The notes: generated by a model from the sequence alone, not told the origin. Positions 10,604 to 21,730 are shown, numbered from the stretch's first letter. The stretch: DNA of 64,000 nucleotides from Alphaproteobacteria bacterium (GCA_030432195.1 JAUIHE010000002.1:5045-69044); one strand, 5' to 3'. Numbers and translations: made by a program.

Positions 10604-11281
10604 ATGCTGATTAAACGCCTCTTCGATATTCTGGTCTCCGCGCTCGCTTTGCTCATCTTGTCCCCGCTGCTATTGGGGCTCGCTGTGCTGATTTGGCACA
10701 AGTTGGGTTGGCCTGTCTTCTTTACCCATATACGCGCGGGCAAGGATGGGCGTCCGTTTCGGATTATCAAGTTTCGCAGCATGTTGGACGCGACGCCTGA
10801 CAAACAGACTGACGAGGAACGCCTGACGCCCTTCGGCGCTAAGCTCCGCTCGACCAGTTTGGACGAGCTGCCAGAGCTCTGGAACGTCCTAACCGGCACG
10901 ATGAGCCTGGTCGGCCCCCGCCCATTGCTGTTGGACTATCTGCCGCTCTATAATTCAGAACAAGCCCGTCGCCACGCGCTGCGCCCTGGTATCACCGGTT
11001 GGGCACAGGTCAACGGGCGCAATGCGCTCGATTGGCCTGATCGCTTTGCGCTGGATACTTGGTATGTCGATAATCGCAGCTTTGCGCTCGATTTGAAGAT
11101 TATGGCTATGACGGTCGGCAAGGTTTTGGCGCGCGATGGCGTCACATCGGCAACGTCGGTGACGATGGAGCGCTTTTTGGGCAATCCACCAAAGGGAGGT
11201 GCCTCTGTGAATGGTGCCCCACCGGCGCAAACCGAGCAGAGGGCTGCCACTGAACAGAGTGAAAAGGAAGGTTCGTCATGA
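10604..11281 (+). CDS. Bacterial sugar transferase (undecaprenyl-phosphate sugar phosphotransferase family)
   Basis: [68 protein letters not shown]. Confidence 0.92.
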   Translation: MLIKRLFDILVSALALLILSPLLLGLAVLIWHKLGWPVFFTHIRAGKDGRPFRIIKFRSMLDATPDKQTDEERLTPFGAKLRSTSLDELPELWNVLTGTMSLVGPRPLLLDYLPLYNSEQARRHALRPGITGWAQVNGRNALDWPDRFALDTWYVDNRSFALDLKIMAMTVGKVLARDGVTSATSVTMERFLGNPPKGGASVNGAPPAQTEQRAATEQSEKEGSS

Positions 11282-11937
11282 CCGGCTCTCTGACCACTTT
11301 CAAGCGCCAGCTTCCCAATGCGATTAGCTTGGCCAGGGCCTTTGGCATCCTGCCTTTGGCAGCTCTTTTGATTTTTGGCCAAGCGTTGGCCGCGCTGGTG
11401 TTGCTGACCTTGTTGATCGCTAGTGACTGGCTGGATGGCTATCTCGCCCGCCGCTTTCAAGTCATCAGCCGCACTGGGACTTGGCTTGATCCGCTGGCTG
11501 ACAAGGTAATGGTGCTGGGGCTCTATGTCTTTTTCGCCTGTTGGTGCAGTTTGCCTGGCTCCGTGCTGACCGCTTGGTTTTGGCTGCCGATCGCCATTAT
11601 CACTTTGCGCGAGGTCTATATGATCGTTCTACGCTCGCGCGCCGCCGACGCGGGTAAAGCCGTGCCTGCATCAAAGTTGGCGAAGATCAAAACCACGAGC
11701 CAATTTATAGCGCTTTATCTCATGGTGCCCGGTTTCATGGTGTTGCAGCAGCAGCAGATGGCAGGCGAGCCCGGTTCAGGCGCGTCGTCGGTTTCCTTTG
11801 CTGCGTGGCTGGCGCGCTGGGCTCAACACGGGCTCTATGAGGGCATTTTGCTGGCTTTGCTTTGGCTGGCCGCAGGGCTCACCTTGTTGTCGGTGTGGGG
11901 CTATATCAAGCAGGCGCTGCATGCTGGACGCGGCTAG
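11278..11937 (+). CDS. CDP-alcohol phosphatidyltransferase family protein
   Basis: Motif D-G-x(2)-A-R-x(8)-G-x(3)-D-x(3)-D: [30 protein letters not shown]; ATGA overlap with the upstream gene. Confidence 0.88.
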   Translation: MTGSLTTFKRQLPNAISLARAFGILPLAALLIFGQALAALVLLTLLIASDWLDGYLARRFQVISRTGTWLDPLADKVMVLGLYVFFACWCSLPGSVLTAWFWLPIAIITLREVYMIVLRSRAADAGKAVPASKLAKIKTTSQFIALYLMVPGFMVLQQQQMAGEPGSGASSVSFAAWLARWAQHGLYEGILLALLWLAAGLTLLSVWGYIKQALHAGRG

Positions 11938-13123
11938 CTCATCTCGGAAGCCTGAGCCCCGTGCCAGGCGGCGCGATTGGTTCGATCGCTTGCTGTTGGG
12001 GCTACAAACTGGCCTTCTGATCTCCGCCCTTCTGTCATTGCTGTGGGTCGGATATCAAGCCTGGCAAAACCCTTTTGTAGAGGCGGTGGTCACCCGTAGC
12101 GCAGAAGAACTGCGTGAAGCTGTGTGGCTGCGGGTAGAACAGAAATTCGATCAAGGCGAGCTTGATCAACGTCTGCGCTCAGCCCTGGATCAAGAGCCTG
12201 TTGCCTGGACCGAAGTCGATCTGACCTTAGCCCTGGCGGAGCGGTTCCAGTTGACGCCCGATCCTGAGTTGGCAACGGCCGTAGCCAGCGCTCGCAAGGA
12301 TGCCCGGCGACCTGTGGCTCTGCTAGGCGATTGTTTTCGCGGTATATTTGGTTTGGATTTGGGCCAGGGCCTGACCGAAGCCAGCTGTGCCGGGGTCTCG
12401 GAAGTAACCTCGGTCGGCGACATCAAGTCCATCTTGCGCGCCGCAGGTGCTGCGGCGTCGGGCCAGCAGATCGACCGTTTCGATCTTGGGCTGGGGATCG
12501 CAGGACTAGCGCTGACCGGTGCCACGCTTGTTTCTGCGGGCACGGCCGCACCCGCCAAAGCAGGCGTCGTTACGGTCAAATTGGCCAAACGCGCGCGCGC
12601 GCTTTCCCCCGGCCTGGAGCGCCACCTGCAAAAGCGCCTGGCACACAGCGTGCATCTGGACCGTGCTTTGAAGGAGCTGGCTAGCCAGGTGGGCAAAGGG
12701 CTGTTTGTGCAGGGGGCGAGTTTGCAGAGCAGGGCAGTCAAGATTGCCAAGGCGTCGATCGACCCAAAAGCGTTCGACCACCTCGCGCGTGATTTAGCGG
12801 ATTTGGGGGTTGCCTTGCAGCGCGTTGGCCCCGGCTCGGCGCTCTACACCCTGCGCTTCGTCGGCTCGGGGCAGGACATCGCCCGCCTGAAACGCTTTAG
12901 CGAGGCCATGGGCAAGGAAACGCCACACGCTTTGTCGGTTCTGGGTCGGGCCGGGTATCGATTATCGGTCAAGACTTTGCGCACGGGGGTGCGGCTGACA
13001 AAGACAATCGGCCTGCTGGTTTGGAATGTCGTGGCATTAGTCTTCAGCTTGGCGCTGTCTTTTCTGAAGTGGTTGGTGTCGGCCTGGTTGAAACGGGCAC
13101 GGCGGGCGCGGCGCTTGGCGTGA
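11921..13123 (+). CDS. Hypothetical membrane protein
   Basis: Long ORF (11798-13123); start at 11921 gives [46 protein letters not shown]; N- and C-terminal hydrophobic segments; no family recognised. Confidence 0.65.
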   Translation: MLDAASSSRKPEPRARRRDWFDRLLLGLQTGLLISALLSLLWVGYQAWQNPFVEAVVTRSAEELREAVWLRVEQKFDQGELDQRLRSALDQEPVAWTEVDLTLALAERFQLTPDPELATAVASARKDARRPVALLGDCFRGIFGLDLGQGLTEASCAGVSEVTSVGDIKSILRAAGAAASGQQIDRFDLGLGIAGLALTGATLVSAGTAAPAKAGVVTVKLAKRARALSPGLERHLQKRLAHSVHLDRALKELASQVGKGLFVQGASLQSRAVKIAKASIDPKAFDHLARDLADLGVALQRVGPGSALYTLRFVGSGQDIARLKRFSEAMGKETPHALSVLGRAGYRLSVKTLRTGVRLTKTIGLLVWNVVALVFSLALSFLKWLVSAWLKRARRARRLA

Positions 13124-13148
13124 TACTTGCCGCAAGGCGATGCCCGCG

Positions 13149-13256
13149 CTAGAGCAAGCCGCGAATGAGTGGCAATACGAATGAGCATGGACTTGCGTTA
13201 GAAATCAGCCAGCTAGAGCGGAAGGGCTGTCGTAACGACAGGGCCCGACGCTCTAG
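13149..13256. repeat. Dispersed ~108 bp repeat, copy 1
   Basis: CTAGAGCAAGCCGCGAATGAGTGGCAATACGAATGAGCATGGACTTGCGTTAGAAATCAGCCAGCTAGAGCGGAAGGGCTGTCG..CGACAGGGCCCGACGCTCTAG; near-identical to 30894-31002 and to the complement of 58115-58222. Confidence 0.92.
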
Positions 13257-14077
13257 AAAGTTACGATGGCCAAGATCAGCAAACCGACAAAGACCCGATA
13301 GACGACAAATATCGTAAAGCTAGCGGTGCGTAGCCAACGCATGAGCCACCAAATCGCCATGAGCGCGACTGCAAACGACAGGCCCGCGGCCCAAAATGCC
13401 GCCGCTGTAAGGGCTGTATTGTGCTCTTGGAACAAGTCGATCATGGCCAGCAGCCCGGCGCCTGATATGGCCGGGATGGAAAGCAGCATGGAAAAGCGAG
13501 CGGCTTCCTCGCGCTCCATGCCCTGAAACCGGCCTGCGGTCATGGTGATGCCTGAACGGCTGGTACCAGGGATGAGTGCCAAGACCTGCATCAGACCGAT
13601 GCTGACATAATCCGGCCAGTCCAGATTGTCGATTTTGCGCACTTGCAGCATGAAACGATCGGCAAGCCACAACACGACGCCGAAAATGATTGTCGCCCAG
13701 GCGATGACCTGCGGCACCCGCAGATATTGAGTGATGATGTCTTTGGTGAAAAATCCGACGATGACCAAAGGAATCGAGGCGACCACCACCGCCAACATTA
13801 AGCGGCTGTCCTTGTTTGGGCGCCCTCTCGCCAGTTGGTAGAGCCCCCGTATCATGGCAAAAACGTCGCGCCAAAAATATAGGATCACGGCGCCCAAGGT
13901 GCCCATGTGTACAGCGACGTCCAAAACCAGCTGTGAGTTCTTGGCCAACTCTGCTTCGTTCCCCAGGCCTAGAGCGGCGCTCGATTCCCAAAGGATGATT
14001 AGGTGACCGGACGAAGAAATGGGCAAGAATTCGGTCAAGCCTTGAACCAAGGCCAACAGAACGAGCATTAAGTACAT
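13253..14077 (-). CDS. uppP: Undecaprenyl-diphosphatase
   Basis: ALVQGLTEFLPISSSGHLIIL, IPGTSRSGITMTAGRF motifs of BacA/UppP. Confidence 0.95.
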   Translation of the reverse strand: MYLMLVLLALVQGLTEFLPISSSGHLIILWESSAALGLGNEAELAKNSQLVLDVAVHMGTLGAVILYFWRDVFAMIRGLYQLARGRPNKDSRLMLAVVVASIPLVIVGFFTKDIITQYLRVPQVIAWATIIFGVVLWLADRFMLQVRKIDNLDWPDYVSIGLMQVLALIPGTSRSGITMTAGRFQGMEREEAARFSMLLSIPAISGAGLLAMIDLFQEHNTALTAAAFWAAGLSFAVALMAIWWLMRWLRTASFTIFVVYRVFVGLLILAIVTF

Positions 14078-14729
14078 AGGCGACCCAGACCCGGCGGCGG
14101 GTTTCTCCAGAAAAAAGAGCGTTTTAGTGCTGCTTTGAGTGAAAATAACGAGAGGAAAGACAGCGCAAGAAGCCCCAATCCGGGGCAGATCGCCTGCTCT
14201 CTAGGCTCGATACCACAGGGGCATGCAAAAATGAAGCAAAGCAATTAGTATCGTTTGGCGACTAATTTATTGAGCGATTGGGTGTTCTTGGCGAATTGAC
14301 ATGGTTGAGCTACCTAGGTAGGGATAATTTCGTCGCGTTCCGGGACTAATTGTGTGAATTTGCTTGATTTCCCGTCTGTTGGGCCTAGTGTGCGCGGTGT
14401 TACAAGCGCCGCTGGCTCCAGCTAGCCGGGATGCAAGAGACAGGTCCAGGCTTTCCAACCGCCCCAGGCCTACCTTGGAGCGATTGCCCGCGATCGCACC
14501 GGCGATCATGGCGGCGACATAGTGCGTCTGATCGTGCATCGTGTGACCGATCGTGCATAGGCCGCACAATAGAGATGAACCGCGAGAAAAACGACAAGAG
14601 ACCCGAGAAACCAGACCTGACCGGTGCGCTAGCATTCTGGTCGCCGCCACACCAAACAAGAACCGCTGATGAAAAAGCAGCACCAATAAAATAACACACC
14701 ACCACCTGCCCCTAACAATTGAACGACGC

Positions 14730-16157
14730 ATGCTCAAATTTACCGACCTCAACCAAGCCTACCCCATCAAGCGCGGTGCGGATGCCCGTCGCGACGATTT
14801 TCGGGAAATCTACCAGGACTTCGCTGACGACAAAGCGAACGAGCAAGCATCGCGCTGTTCGCAGTGCGGCGTGCCCTATTGTTCCGTTCACTGTCCGCTG
14901 GGCAACAACATCCCGGATTGGCTGAACTTGGCCGCCGCAGGGCGTCTGGACGAAGCCTATACCGAGGCCTCGCGCACCAACACCTTCCCTGAGATTTGCG
15001 GGCGCATTTGTCCGCAGGACCGCTTGTGTGAAGGCAACTGTGTGATCGAGAGCGCGGGGCATGGGGCGGTCACCATTGGCTCAATCGAAAAGTACATCAC
15101 AGAGCATGCCTTTGACAGCGGGCTGGTCAAACCGATCCAACCGCACCAAGAACGGAGCGAAAAGGTCGCCATTATTGGTGCTGGCCCTGCTGGTCTTGCC
15201 GCCGCCGAGCAGCTCCGCCAGCAAGGGGTGCAGGTGACGGTCTTCGACCGCTATGACCGTGTTGGCGGCCTGCTGGTCTATGGGATCCCTGGTTTCAAGC
15301 TTGAAAAGCACGTGGTGGCCCGCCGTCGCGACTGGCTGGAGCAGTCGGGCGTGCGTTTTGTTTTGAATTCGGACATCGGACGCACCCAAGGATTTTCAGA
15401 CCTTCGCCAAGAATACGATGCGATCTTGATCGCGACCGGTGTCTACAAGGTGCGCGATCTGAAGGCGCCGGGCTCTGGCCTGGACGGCATCGTGGCGGCA
15501 CTGGATTACTTGACGACATCTAACAAGCAGAACATGGGCGACAGCGTTCCCGACTATGAGAGCGGCCGGTTGAACGCTAAGGGCAAAAAGGTTGTGGTCA
15601 TCGGCGGCGGTGACACGGCCATGGATTGTGTGCGCACCGCCATTCGCCAAGGCGCAACCGATGTAACCTGTCTGTACCGTCGTGACCGCGCGAACATGCC
15701 GGGATCACAGCGCGAAGTCGCCAATGCCGAAGAAGAAGGCGTGACCTTTAACTGGCTGTCGGCGCCTTTGGCCTTCGACGGCGACGATCGTGTTGCTTCG
15801 GTCAGGGTTCAAAAGATGCGCTTGGGCATGCCCGATGCCTCTGGCCGCTCCCAGCCAGAAGCTATCCCGGACGCCGTTGAAACGCTGGAAGCCGATCTGG
15901 TGGTCAAGGCCTTGGGCTTTGAACCTGAGGATCTGCCAAAAATGTTCGCTGAGCCCGGCCTGCAGGTGACCCGCTGGGGCACGCTGAAAGTCGATTGGTC
16001 GAGCATGCAAGTGCAAGATATGCCCGGCGTCTTTGGGGCGGGCGATATCGTCCGCGGCGCAAGCTTGGTGGTCTGGGCGATCCGCGATGGCCGCGATGCC
16101 GCACAAGGCATCTTGGGCTACCTCAATGCTCAACAAGCGCAGTTGGCCGCAGAATAG
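14730..16157 (+). CDS. gltD: Glutamate synthase small (beta) subunit
   Basis: CSQCGVPYCSVHCPLGNNIPDW, VAIIGAGPAGLAAAEQL, VVVIGGGDTAMDCVRTAIRQGA. Confidence 0.95.
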   Translation: MLKFTDLNQAYPIKRGADARRDDFREIYQDFADDKANEQASRCSQCGVPYCSVHCPLGNNIPDWLNLAAAGRLDEAYTEASRTNTFPEICGRICPQDRLCEGNCVIESAGHGAVTIGSIEKYITEHAFDSGLVKPIQPHQERSEKVAIIGAGPAGLAAAEQLRQQGVQVTVFDRYDRVGGLLVYGIPGFKLEKHVVARRRDWLEQSGVRFVLNSDIGRTQGFSDLRQEYDAILIATGVYKVRDLKAPGSGLDGIVAALDYLTTSNKQNMGDSVPDYESGRLNAKGKKVVVIGGGDTAMDCVRTAIRQGATDVTCLYRRDRANMPGSQREVANAEEEGVTFNWLSAPLAFDGDDRVASVRVQKMRLGMPDASGRSQPEAIPDAVETLEADLVVKALGFEPEDLPKMFAEPGLQVTRWGTLKVDWSSMQVQDMPGVFGAGDIVRGASLVVWAIRDGRDAAQGILGYLNAQQAQLAAE

Positions 16158-16289
16158 CGGTCGCTGCCTCGACAAAACGAGCGGCCGGCGCACTGGCAAA
16201 ATCCACAATTCGGGGGGCGATCAACGTTCCCCATCCCCGCATGATGCGGCTCCTGTCCGGAGCCAGATAAACAAATAGGACCGAAGGCC

Positions 16290-19200
16290 ATGACTAAGAA
16301 AACCATCAGCTCTATCGCGAACGAGCAAGACGCTCAGCAGTGGGTCGATCACTATCGCCGCACGCAAGCTCAGCTCACCGATGCGCACGCCTACCGCCCG
16401 GATCAGGAGCACGAGAACTGCGGGGTTGGTTTGGTGGCCGCGACCGATGGCAAGCCAACCCGTTTGGTGGTTGAGACCGCAATTCAAGCCCTGAAGGCGG
16501 TATGGCACCGCGGCGCTGTTGACGCCGACGGCAAGACCGGTGACGGCGCGGGCATTATGATGAATATCCCGCAAGCCTTCTTCCGTTCCGAAGTTGAGCG
16601 TACCGGTCACATCGTGCCCGAAGGGGCGTCTGTTGGCGTGGGGCAGGTCTTCTTGCCGCGTACCGATATGGCCAAACAAGAAGCCTGCCGTGTCATTATT
16701 GAGCGCGAGATTTTGAACGCGGGCTACCGAATTCACGGTTGGCGCCAGGTGCCGGTTGAACCCGCGGTTCTGGGGATGAAGGCCAACGCCACCCGCCCAG
16801 AAATTGAGCAAATCTTGATCCACGTTGACGCTGGCGCGGACATCGAAGCAACCGAGCGCAACTTTTACATTATTCGCCGCCGCATCGAAAATGCCGCGCG
16901 CGCCAAAGGCATTTCAGAGCTGTATGTCTGTTCGCTGTCGATCAATTGCATCATCTACAAGGGCATGTTCCTGGCTCAGGACCTATCGGAGTTCTATCCG
17001 GACTTGTTGGACCCGCGCTTTGTGTCGAACGTGGCTTTGTATCACCAGCGCTATTCGACCAACACCTTCCCAACATGGTCGCTGGCTCAGCCGTTCCGCG
17101 TGATCGCCCACAACGGCGAAATCAACACGCTGAAGGGCAATCACAACTGGATGCGCGCGCATGAATCGCGCATGGAATCGGATGCAACCTTCGGGGATGC
17201 GATCGATGAGTTGCGCCCGGTTATTCAGCCTGGCAGCTCTGATACCTCGGCCATGGACGCCGTGTTCGAGCTGCTGTGCTCAAGCCAACGCAGCTTGCCC
17301 ATGGTCAAGTCGCTCATGATCCCCGAAGCTTGGAGCGAAGATGCCACCATGCCCGATGCGCACAAGGCGCTTTATCAGTACTGCAACTCGGTCATGGAGC
17401 CCTGGGACGGCCCCGCGGCGGTCGTCGGGCACTACGGGTCTTGGGTCATCGCGGGCTTGGACCGTTCGGGTCTGCGTCCCATGCGCTATTCCATTGTGCG
17501 CGACCGCCAAAACGACTCGGAGTTGCTGATTGCGGGCTCTGAGACCGGCATGGTGCGGATCGACGAACAAGACGTCGTTAAGCTGGGCCGCATTGGACCG
17601 GGCAGCTTGATCGCCGTCAACCTGGCCGAAGGCAAGCTCTACATGGACAGCGAGATCAAAGATTTGCTGGCCAGCGAGCATCCTTTTGCAGACTGGACCC
17701 AGGGCATCAAGCGCCTGGACGAACGCATGCAAGCGTCGCGGGTACCGGGCACCACCGCTGAGAACAGCGAATTTGAGGGCGAAGAACTGCGCCGTCGCCA
17801 GTTGGTCTATGGGTCGACCCATGAGGAGCTGGAGCTGATCTTGCACCCCATGATCGTTGACGGCAAAGAGCCGATTGGCTCCATGGGCGATGATACCCCT
17901 ATGGCGGTCTTGTCAGACAAGTACCGGCCTTTGCACCACTTCTTCCGTCAAGATTTCAGCCAGGTAACCAACCCGCCCATCGACTCGCTGCGCGAACGCA
18001 GCGTCATGTCGTTGACGACGCGCTTGGGCAACCTGGGCAACATCCTGGACGTCAGCGCGAGCCAGTGTGATTTGTACCTGCTGTCTTCACCGGTTCTGAC
18101 CAACGGCGAATGGCAGGGTGTTAAGGACGCGCTGGTCGGCGATGGCGCCGAGATCGCGGAAATCGACTGTACCTATGACCCCAGCGAGGGCAGCACCGCC
18201 ATGCGCGATGCCATTACCCGCATTCGCGGTGACGCCGAGCGCGCCGCGCGCCGGGGCATCCAGCACTTGTTCTTGTCCGACAAGGCCATTGGGGCCAACC
18301 GCGCACCTTTGCCGATGATCCTGGCGACCGGGGCGGTTCACACTCACCTGCTGGAAACCGATCTGCGGACTTTTGTCTCGCTGAATGTCCAGTCTGGCGA
18401 GTGCATGGATACGCACTATTTTGCCGTGCTGATCGGTGTCGGTGCGACCTCGGTCAACGCCTACATGGTGCAGGAGAATGCCGCTGATCGCATCCGCCGC
18501 GGGTTGGTGCCCGATGGCACAACGCTGGACGTGGCTATGGGCCGCTTCAAGAAGGCTATCGGCGACGGCATTTTGAAAATCATGTCAAAGATGGGCATCG
18601 GCGTCGTCAGCTCCTACCGGGGCGGCTACAACTTCGAGGCCGTCGGCCTGTCGCGCACGCTGGTCTCCGAGTTCTTCCCAGGTGTGCCCTCGCGCATTTC
18701 GGGCATCGGTCTGATCGGCATCCAAAAGAAGCTCAACGAGCTGCATGCCAAGGCCTATAATCAAGCAGCCGTTCCGCTGCCGATTGGGGGCTTCTATCGT
18801 TTCCGTCGCGGTGAAGAAAAGCACGCCTGGGACGCGCGCAACATGCACTTGTTGCAGTCGGCCGTGAACAAAGGCTCGTTCCAGACCTACAAGCAGTACG
18901 CCAAGATGGTCAACGAGCAGTCGCCGATTTGGCTGCGCGATCTGCTGGGCTTCAAGACCGAGGGCCTTCGCGCCATTGACCTGTCGGAAGTCGAGAGCGT
19001 TACCAGCCTGCGCAAGCGCTTTGTGACCCCGGGCATCTCGCTGGGTGCGCTGTCCAAGGAAGCGCACGAGACCCTGGCGATTGCCATGAACCGTATCGGT
19101 GCGCGCTCTGATTCGGGCGAGGGCGGCGAAGATCCTGACCGCTATCACCCTTGGGCAGGCGGAGATAACGCTAAGTCTGCCATTAAGCAGGTGGCGTCGG

Positions 19201-20924
19201 GCCGCTTTGGTGTGACCGCTGAGTACCTCAACAACTGCGCCGAGCTGGAAATCAAAATGGCCCAGGGCGCAAAGCCGGGCGAGGGCGGCCAGCTTCCGGG
19301 CTTTAAGGTCTCCAAGTACATCGCCAAGATGCGCCACTCGACGCCAGGCGTGACGCTGATTAGCCCGCCGCCTCACCACGATATCTATTCGATCGAGGAC
19401 CTGGCGCAGCTCATCTATGACCTGAAGCAGATCAACCCCGAAGCCCGCGTTTGCGTCAAGCTGGTGGCGCGTTCGGGCATCGGGACCATTGCAGCCGGTG
19501 TGGCCAAGGCCGATGCGGATGTGATCTTGGTGTCGGGCAACTCTGGCGGCACGGGCGCCAGCCCGCAGACCTCGATCAAATACGCGGGGCTGCCTTGGGA
19601 AATGGGCCTGGCAGAGGTCCACCAGGTGCTGACCATGAACGAGCTACGCTCGAAGGTCACACTGCGCACCGATGGCGGGCTTCGTACCGGTCTAGATATT
19701 GTCAAAGCGGCTATGCTGGGTGCTGAAGAATTCGGCATTGGCACCGCCGCGCTGGTGGCTATGGGCTGTATTATGGTGCGCCAGTGCCACTCCAACACCT
19801 GCCCTGTCGGCGTTTGTACCCAGGACGAGGCGCTGCGCGAGAAGTTCAGCGGTACCGCGCAAAAGGTCATCGACCTGTTCAGCTTTGTCGCCGACGAAGT
19901 GCGCGAAATTCTGGCAGAATTGGGTTTCTCACGCCTGGAAGACGTGATCGGGCGAACCGACTTGCTGACCCAAATCAGCCGCGGCGCCGACCACTTGGAT
20001 GACCTGGACTTGAACGCGGTTCTGCAAAAGGTCGAGCCTGCACAGGGCACCTTGGCTCTGTCCGATCGTGAGCGCCGCAACCCCGTTCCCGATACGCTGG
20101 ACGCTGAAATCATCAAGGACGCCAAGCCCTTGTTGACCGTCGGCGAAAAGATGGAACTGAAGTACAACGTCGCCAACACCCAGCGGACCGTAGGCACACG
20201 CTTGTCATCGGAAATCACCCGCAAGTACGGCATGAACTACTTTGACGATGGGCACGTGAACATCCGTCTGCGGGGTTCGGCGGGTCAGTCTTTGGGCGCC
20301 TTTGCCTGCAAGGGCATGCGCATCGAGGTAACAGGCGATTCCAACGACTATGTGGGCAAGGGCCTGTCGGGCGGCATCATTGTGGTGCGACCTTCCTATC
20401 AATCGCCCGTTCAGACCGTAACCCAAGATCATACGATCATCGGCAACACGGTTCTGTATGGGGCCACCAGCGGCAAGCTGTTCGCAGCAGGCCAGGCGGG
20501 CGAGCGCTTTTGTGTGCGCAACTCTGGCGCAACGGCGGTGGTCGAAGGCTGCGGCGGCAATGGCTGTGAATACATGACCGGCGGCGTTGCGGTTATTTTG
20601 GGCGAAACAGGCAAGAACTTCGGCGCGGGCATGACCGGCGGCATGGCCTTTGTCTATGACCCTGAAAACCGCTTCCAGCATCTTTATAACCCCGCCTCTT
20701 TGCAGGTGATGCGCGTGACCATGCCTCACTATCAGAACCAGCTGAAGGATCTGGTCAGCCAGCATCAAGAAGAGACCCGTTCGGTGCATGCAGAACGCTT
20801 GCTGATGGATTGGGAGCGCAGCTTGAAGAGCATGTGGCAGGTGGTTCCTACTGAGATGTTGGCGCTGCTGGACGAGCCGGTCTCGGCAGAGCACGCCGCT
20901 CAGCGCGTCGCGGCCAGCGCTTAG
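16290..20924 (+). CDS. gltB: Glutamate synthase large (alpha) subunit
   Basis: 1544 aa; ENCGVGLVAATDGK class II amidotransferase N-terminus, FMN-binding and GXGXG C-terminal domains (GQSLGAFACKGMRIEVTGDSNDYVGKGLSGG). Confidence 0.97.
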   Translation: MTKKTISSIANEQDAQQWVDHYRRTQAQLTDAHAYRPDQEHENCGVGLVAATDGKPTRLVVETAIQALKAVWHRGAVDADGKTGDGAGIMMNIPQAFFRSEVERTGHIVPEGASVGVGQVFLPRTDMAKQEACRVIIEREILNAGYRIHGWRQVPVEPAVLGMKANATRPEIEQILIHVDAGADIEATERNFYIIRRRIENAARAKGISELYVCSLSINCIIYKGMFLAQDLSEFYPDLLDPRFVSNVALYHQRYSTNTFPTWSLAQPFRVIAHNGEINTLKGNHNWMRAHESRMESDATFGDAIDELRPVIQPGSSDTSAMDAVFELLCSSQRSLPMVKSLMIPEAWSEDATMPDAHKALYQYCNSVMEPWDGPAAVVGHYGSWVIAGLDRSGLRPMRYSIVRDRQNDSELLIAGSETGMVRIDEQDVVKLGRIGPGSLIAVNLAEGKLYMDSEIKDLLASEHPFADWTQGIKRLDERMQASRVPGTTAENSEFEGEELRRRQLVYGSTHEELELILHPMIVDGKEPIGSMGDDTPMAVLSDKYRPLHHFFRQDFSQVTNPPIDSLRERSVMSLTTRLGNLGNILDVSASQCDLYLLSSPVLTNGEWQGVKDALVGDGAEIAEIDCTYDPSEGSTAMRDAITRIRGDAERAARRGIQHLFLSDKAIGANRAPLPMILATGAVHTHLLETDLRTFVSLNVQSGECMDTHYFAVLIGVGATSVNAYMVQENAADRIRRGLVPDGTTLDVAMGRFKKAIGDGILKIMSKMGIGVVSSYRGGYNFEAVGLSRTLVSEFFPGVPSRISGIGLIGIQKKLNELHAKAYNQAAVPLPIGGFYRFRRGEEKHAWDARNMHLLQSAVNKGSFQTYKQYAKMVNEQSPIWLRDLLGFKTEGLRAIDLSEVESVTSLRKRFVTPGISLGALSKEAHETLAIAMNRIGARSDSGEGGEDPDRYHPWAGGDNAKSAIKQVASGRFGVTAEYLNNCAELEIKMAQGAKPGEGGQLPGFKVSKYIAKMRHSTPGVTLISPPPHHDIYSIEDLAQLIYDLKQINPEARVCVKLVARSGIGTIAAGVAKADADVILVSGNSGGTGASPQTSIKYAGLPWEMGLAEVHQVLTMNELRSKVTLRTDGGLRTGLDIVKAAMLGAEEFGIGTAALVAMGCIMVRQCHSNTCPVGVCTQDEALREKFSGTAQKVIDLFSFVADEVREILAELGFSRLEDVIGRTDLLTQISRGADHLDDLDLNAVLQKVEPAQGTLALSDRERRNPVPDTLDAEIIKDAKPLLTVGEKMELKYNVANTQRTVGTRLSSEITRKYGMNYFDDGHVNIRLRGSAGQSLGAFACKGMRIEVTGDSNDYVGKGLSGGIIVVRPSYQSPVQTVTQDHTIIGNTVLYGATSGKLFAAGQAGERFCVRNSGATAVVEGCGGNGCEYMTGGVAVILGETGKNFGAGMTGGMAFVYDPENRFQHLYNPASLQVMRVTMPHYQNQLKDLVSQHQEETRSVHAERLLMDWERSLKSMWQVVPTEMLALLDEPVSAEHAAQRVAASA

Positions 20925-20939
20925 GGCGGCAGGGCGAGC

Positions 20940-21707
20940 ATGCAGCTTTGTATCGGGATCGACCCAAGCTTGGCTTTGCTTCAGGCTTGGGGCTTGCCTC
21001 AGGACGCGAACGGCGCAGGCCTTTTTGCCCAGGAACTGCTCAACTTGGCAGAAGATGCCAAGGTCATGATTAAGCCGCAGGTGGCCTATTTTGAGCAGTT
21101 CGGACCCGCGGGTTTTCAGGTTCTAGCTGACCTCATTCGTGACGCACGGGAGCGGGGTGTCTTTGTGCTGGCGGATGCCAAGCGCACGGATATTGGCTCA
21201 ACATCGGCGGCTTATGCGCGGGCTTGGTTCGGGCCGGGCGCGCCACTACGGGCCAACGCTTTGACCGCCACCGCATACATGGGGCTGGGCGCAATTATGC
21301 CGATGATCGACGCCGCCGCAGAGGATGGCGGGCAGGTGTTCGTTGTTGTCCGCTCCTCTAACCCAGAAGGCGAGGCCCTGCAAACGACTGGTCTTCCCGC
21401 CGTTTGGGAGACTCTGATGACAGAACTTGAAGTTGTTAATCAGCGCTTTGGTGCGCCTGTTGCGGGTGCCGTCGTGGGGGCAACCCAAGCTAAAGAGTTG
21501 CACCTTTGCAACGGCTTAGCGCCAAACGTACCGCTGCTTTGCCCAGGTGTTGGCGCGCAAGGCGCTGATCTTGCGAGTCTAATAAAACTGCCAAGCGACC
21601 TCAAAGCGCGCATGATACTGCCGATTTCGCGGGGGATTGCCAAAGTGGGCCCGGGTGCTGGCGCCTTGAAAGTTGCGCTGACAGGCTATCTTGGTGAAAT
21701 TTGCTAA
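20940..21707 (+). CDS. pyrF: Orotidine-5'-phosphate decarboxylase, type 2 subfamily
   Basis: LCIGIDPSLALLQAWGL, IKPQVAYFEQFG, VFVLADAKRTDIGSTSAAYARAW, VVRSSNPEGEALQ, LCPGVGAQG. Confidence 0.88.
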   Translation: MQLCIGIDPSLALLQAWGLPQDANGAGLFAQELLNLAEDAKVMIKPQVAYFEQFGPAGFQVLADLIRDARERGVFVLADAKRTDIGSTSAAYARAWFGPGAPLRANALTATAYMGLGAIMPMIDAAAEDGGQVFVVVRSSNPEGEALQTTGLPAVWETLMTELEVVNQRFGAPVAGAVVGATQAKELHLCNGLAPNVPLLCPGVGAQGADLASLIKLPSDLKARMILPISRGIAKVGPGAGALKVALTGYLGEIC

Positions 21708-21730
21708 CCTTTGGAATATACTTGATCCGC

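Noticed and set aside
14078-14729. 650 bp intergenic region between uppP and gltD with ORFs on both strands (14267-14752 -, 14431-14694 +) and a duplicated GATCGTGCAT.
   Set aside because: Predicted proteins look like non-coding translation; duplicated decamer too short to interpret. Could still hold a leader RNA but nothing supports it.
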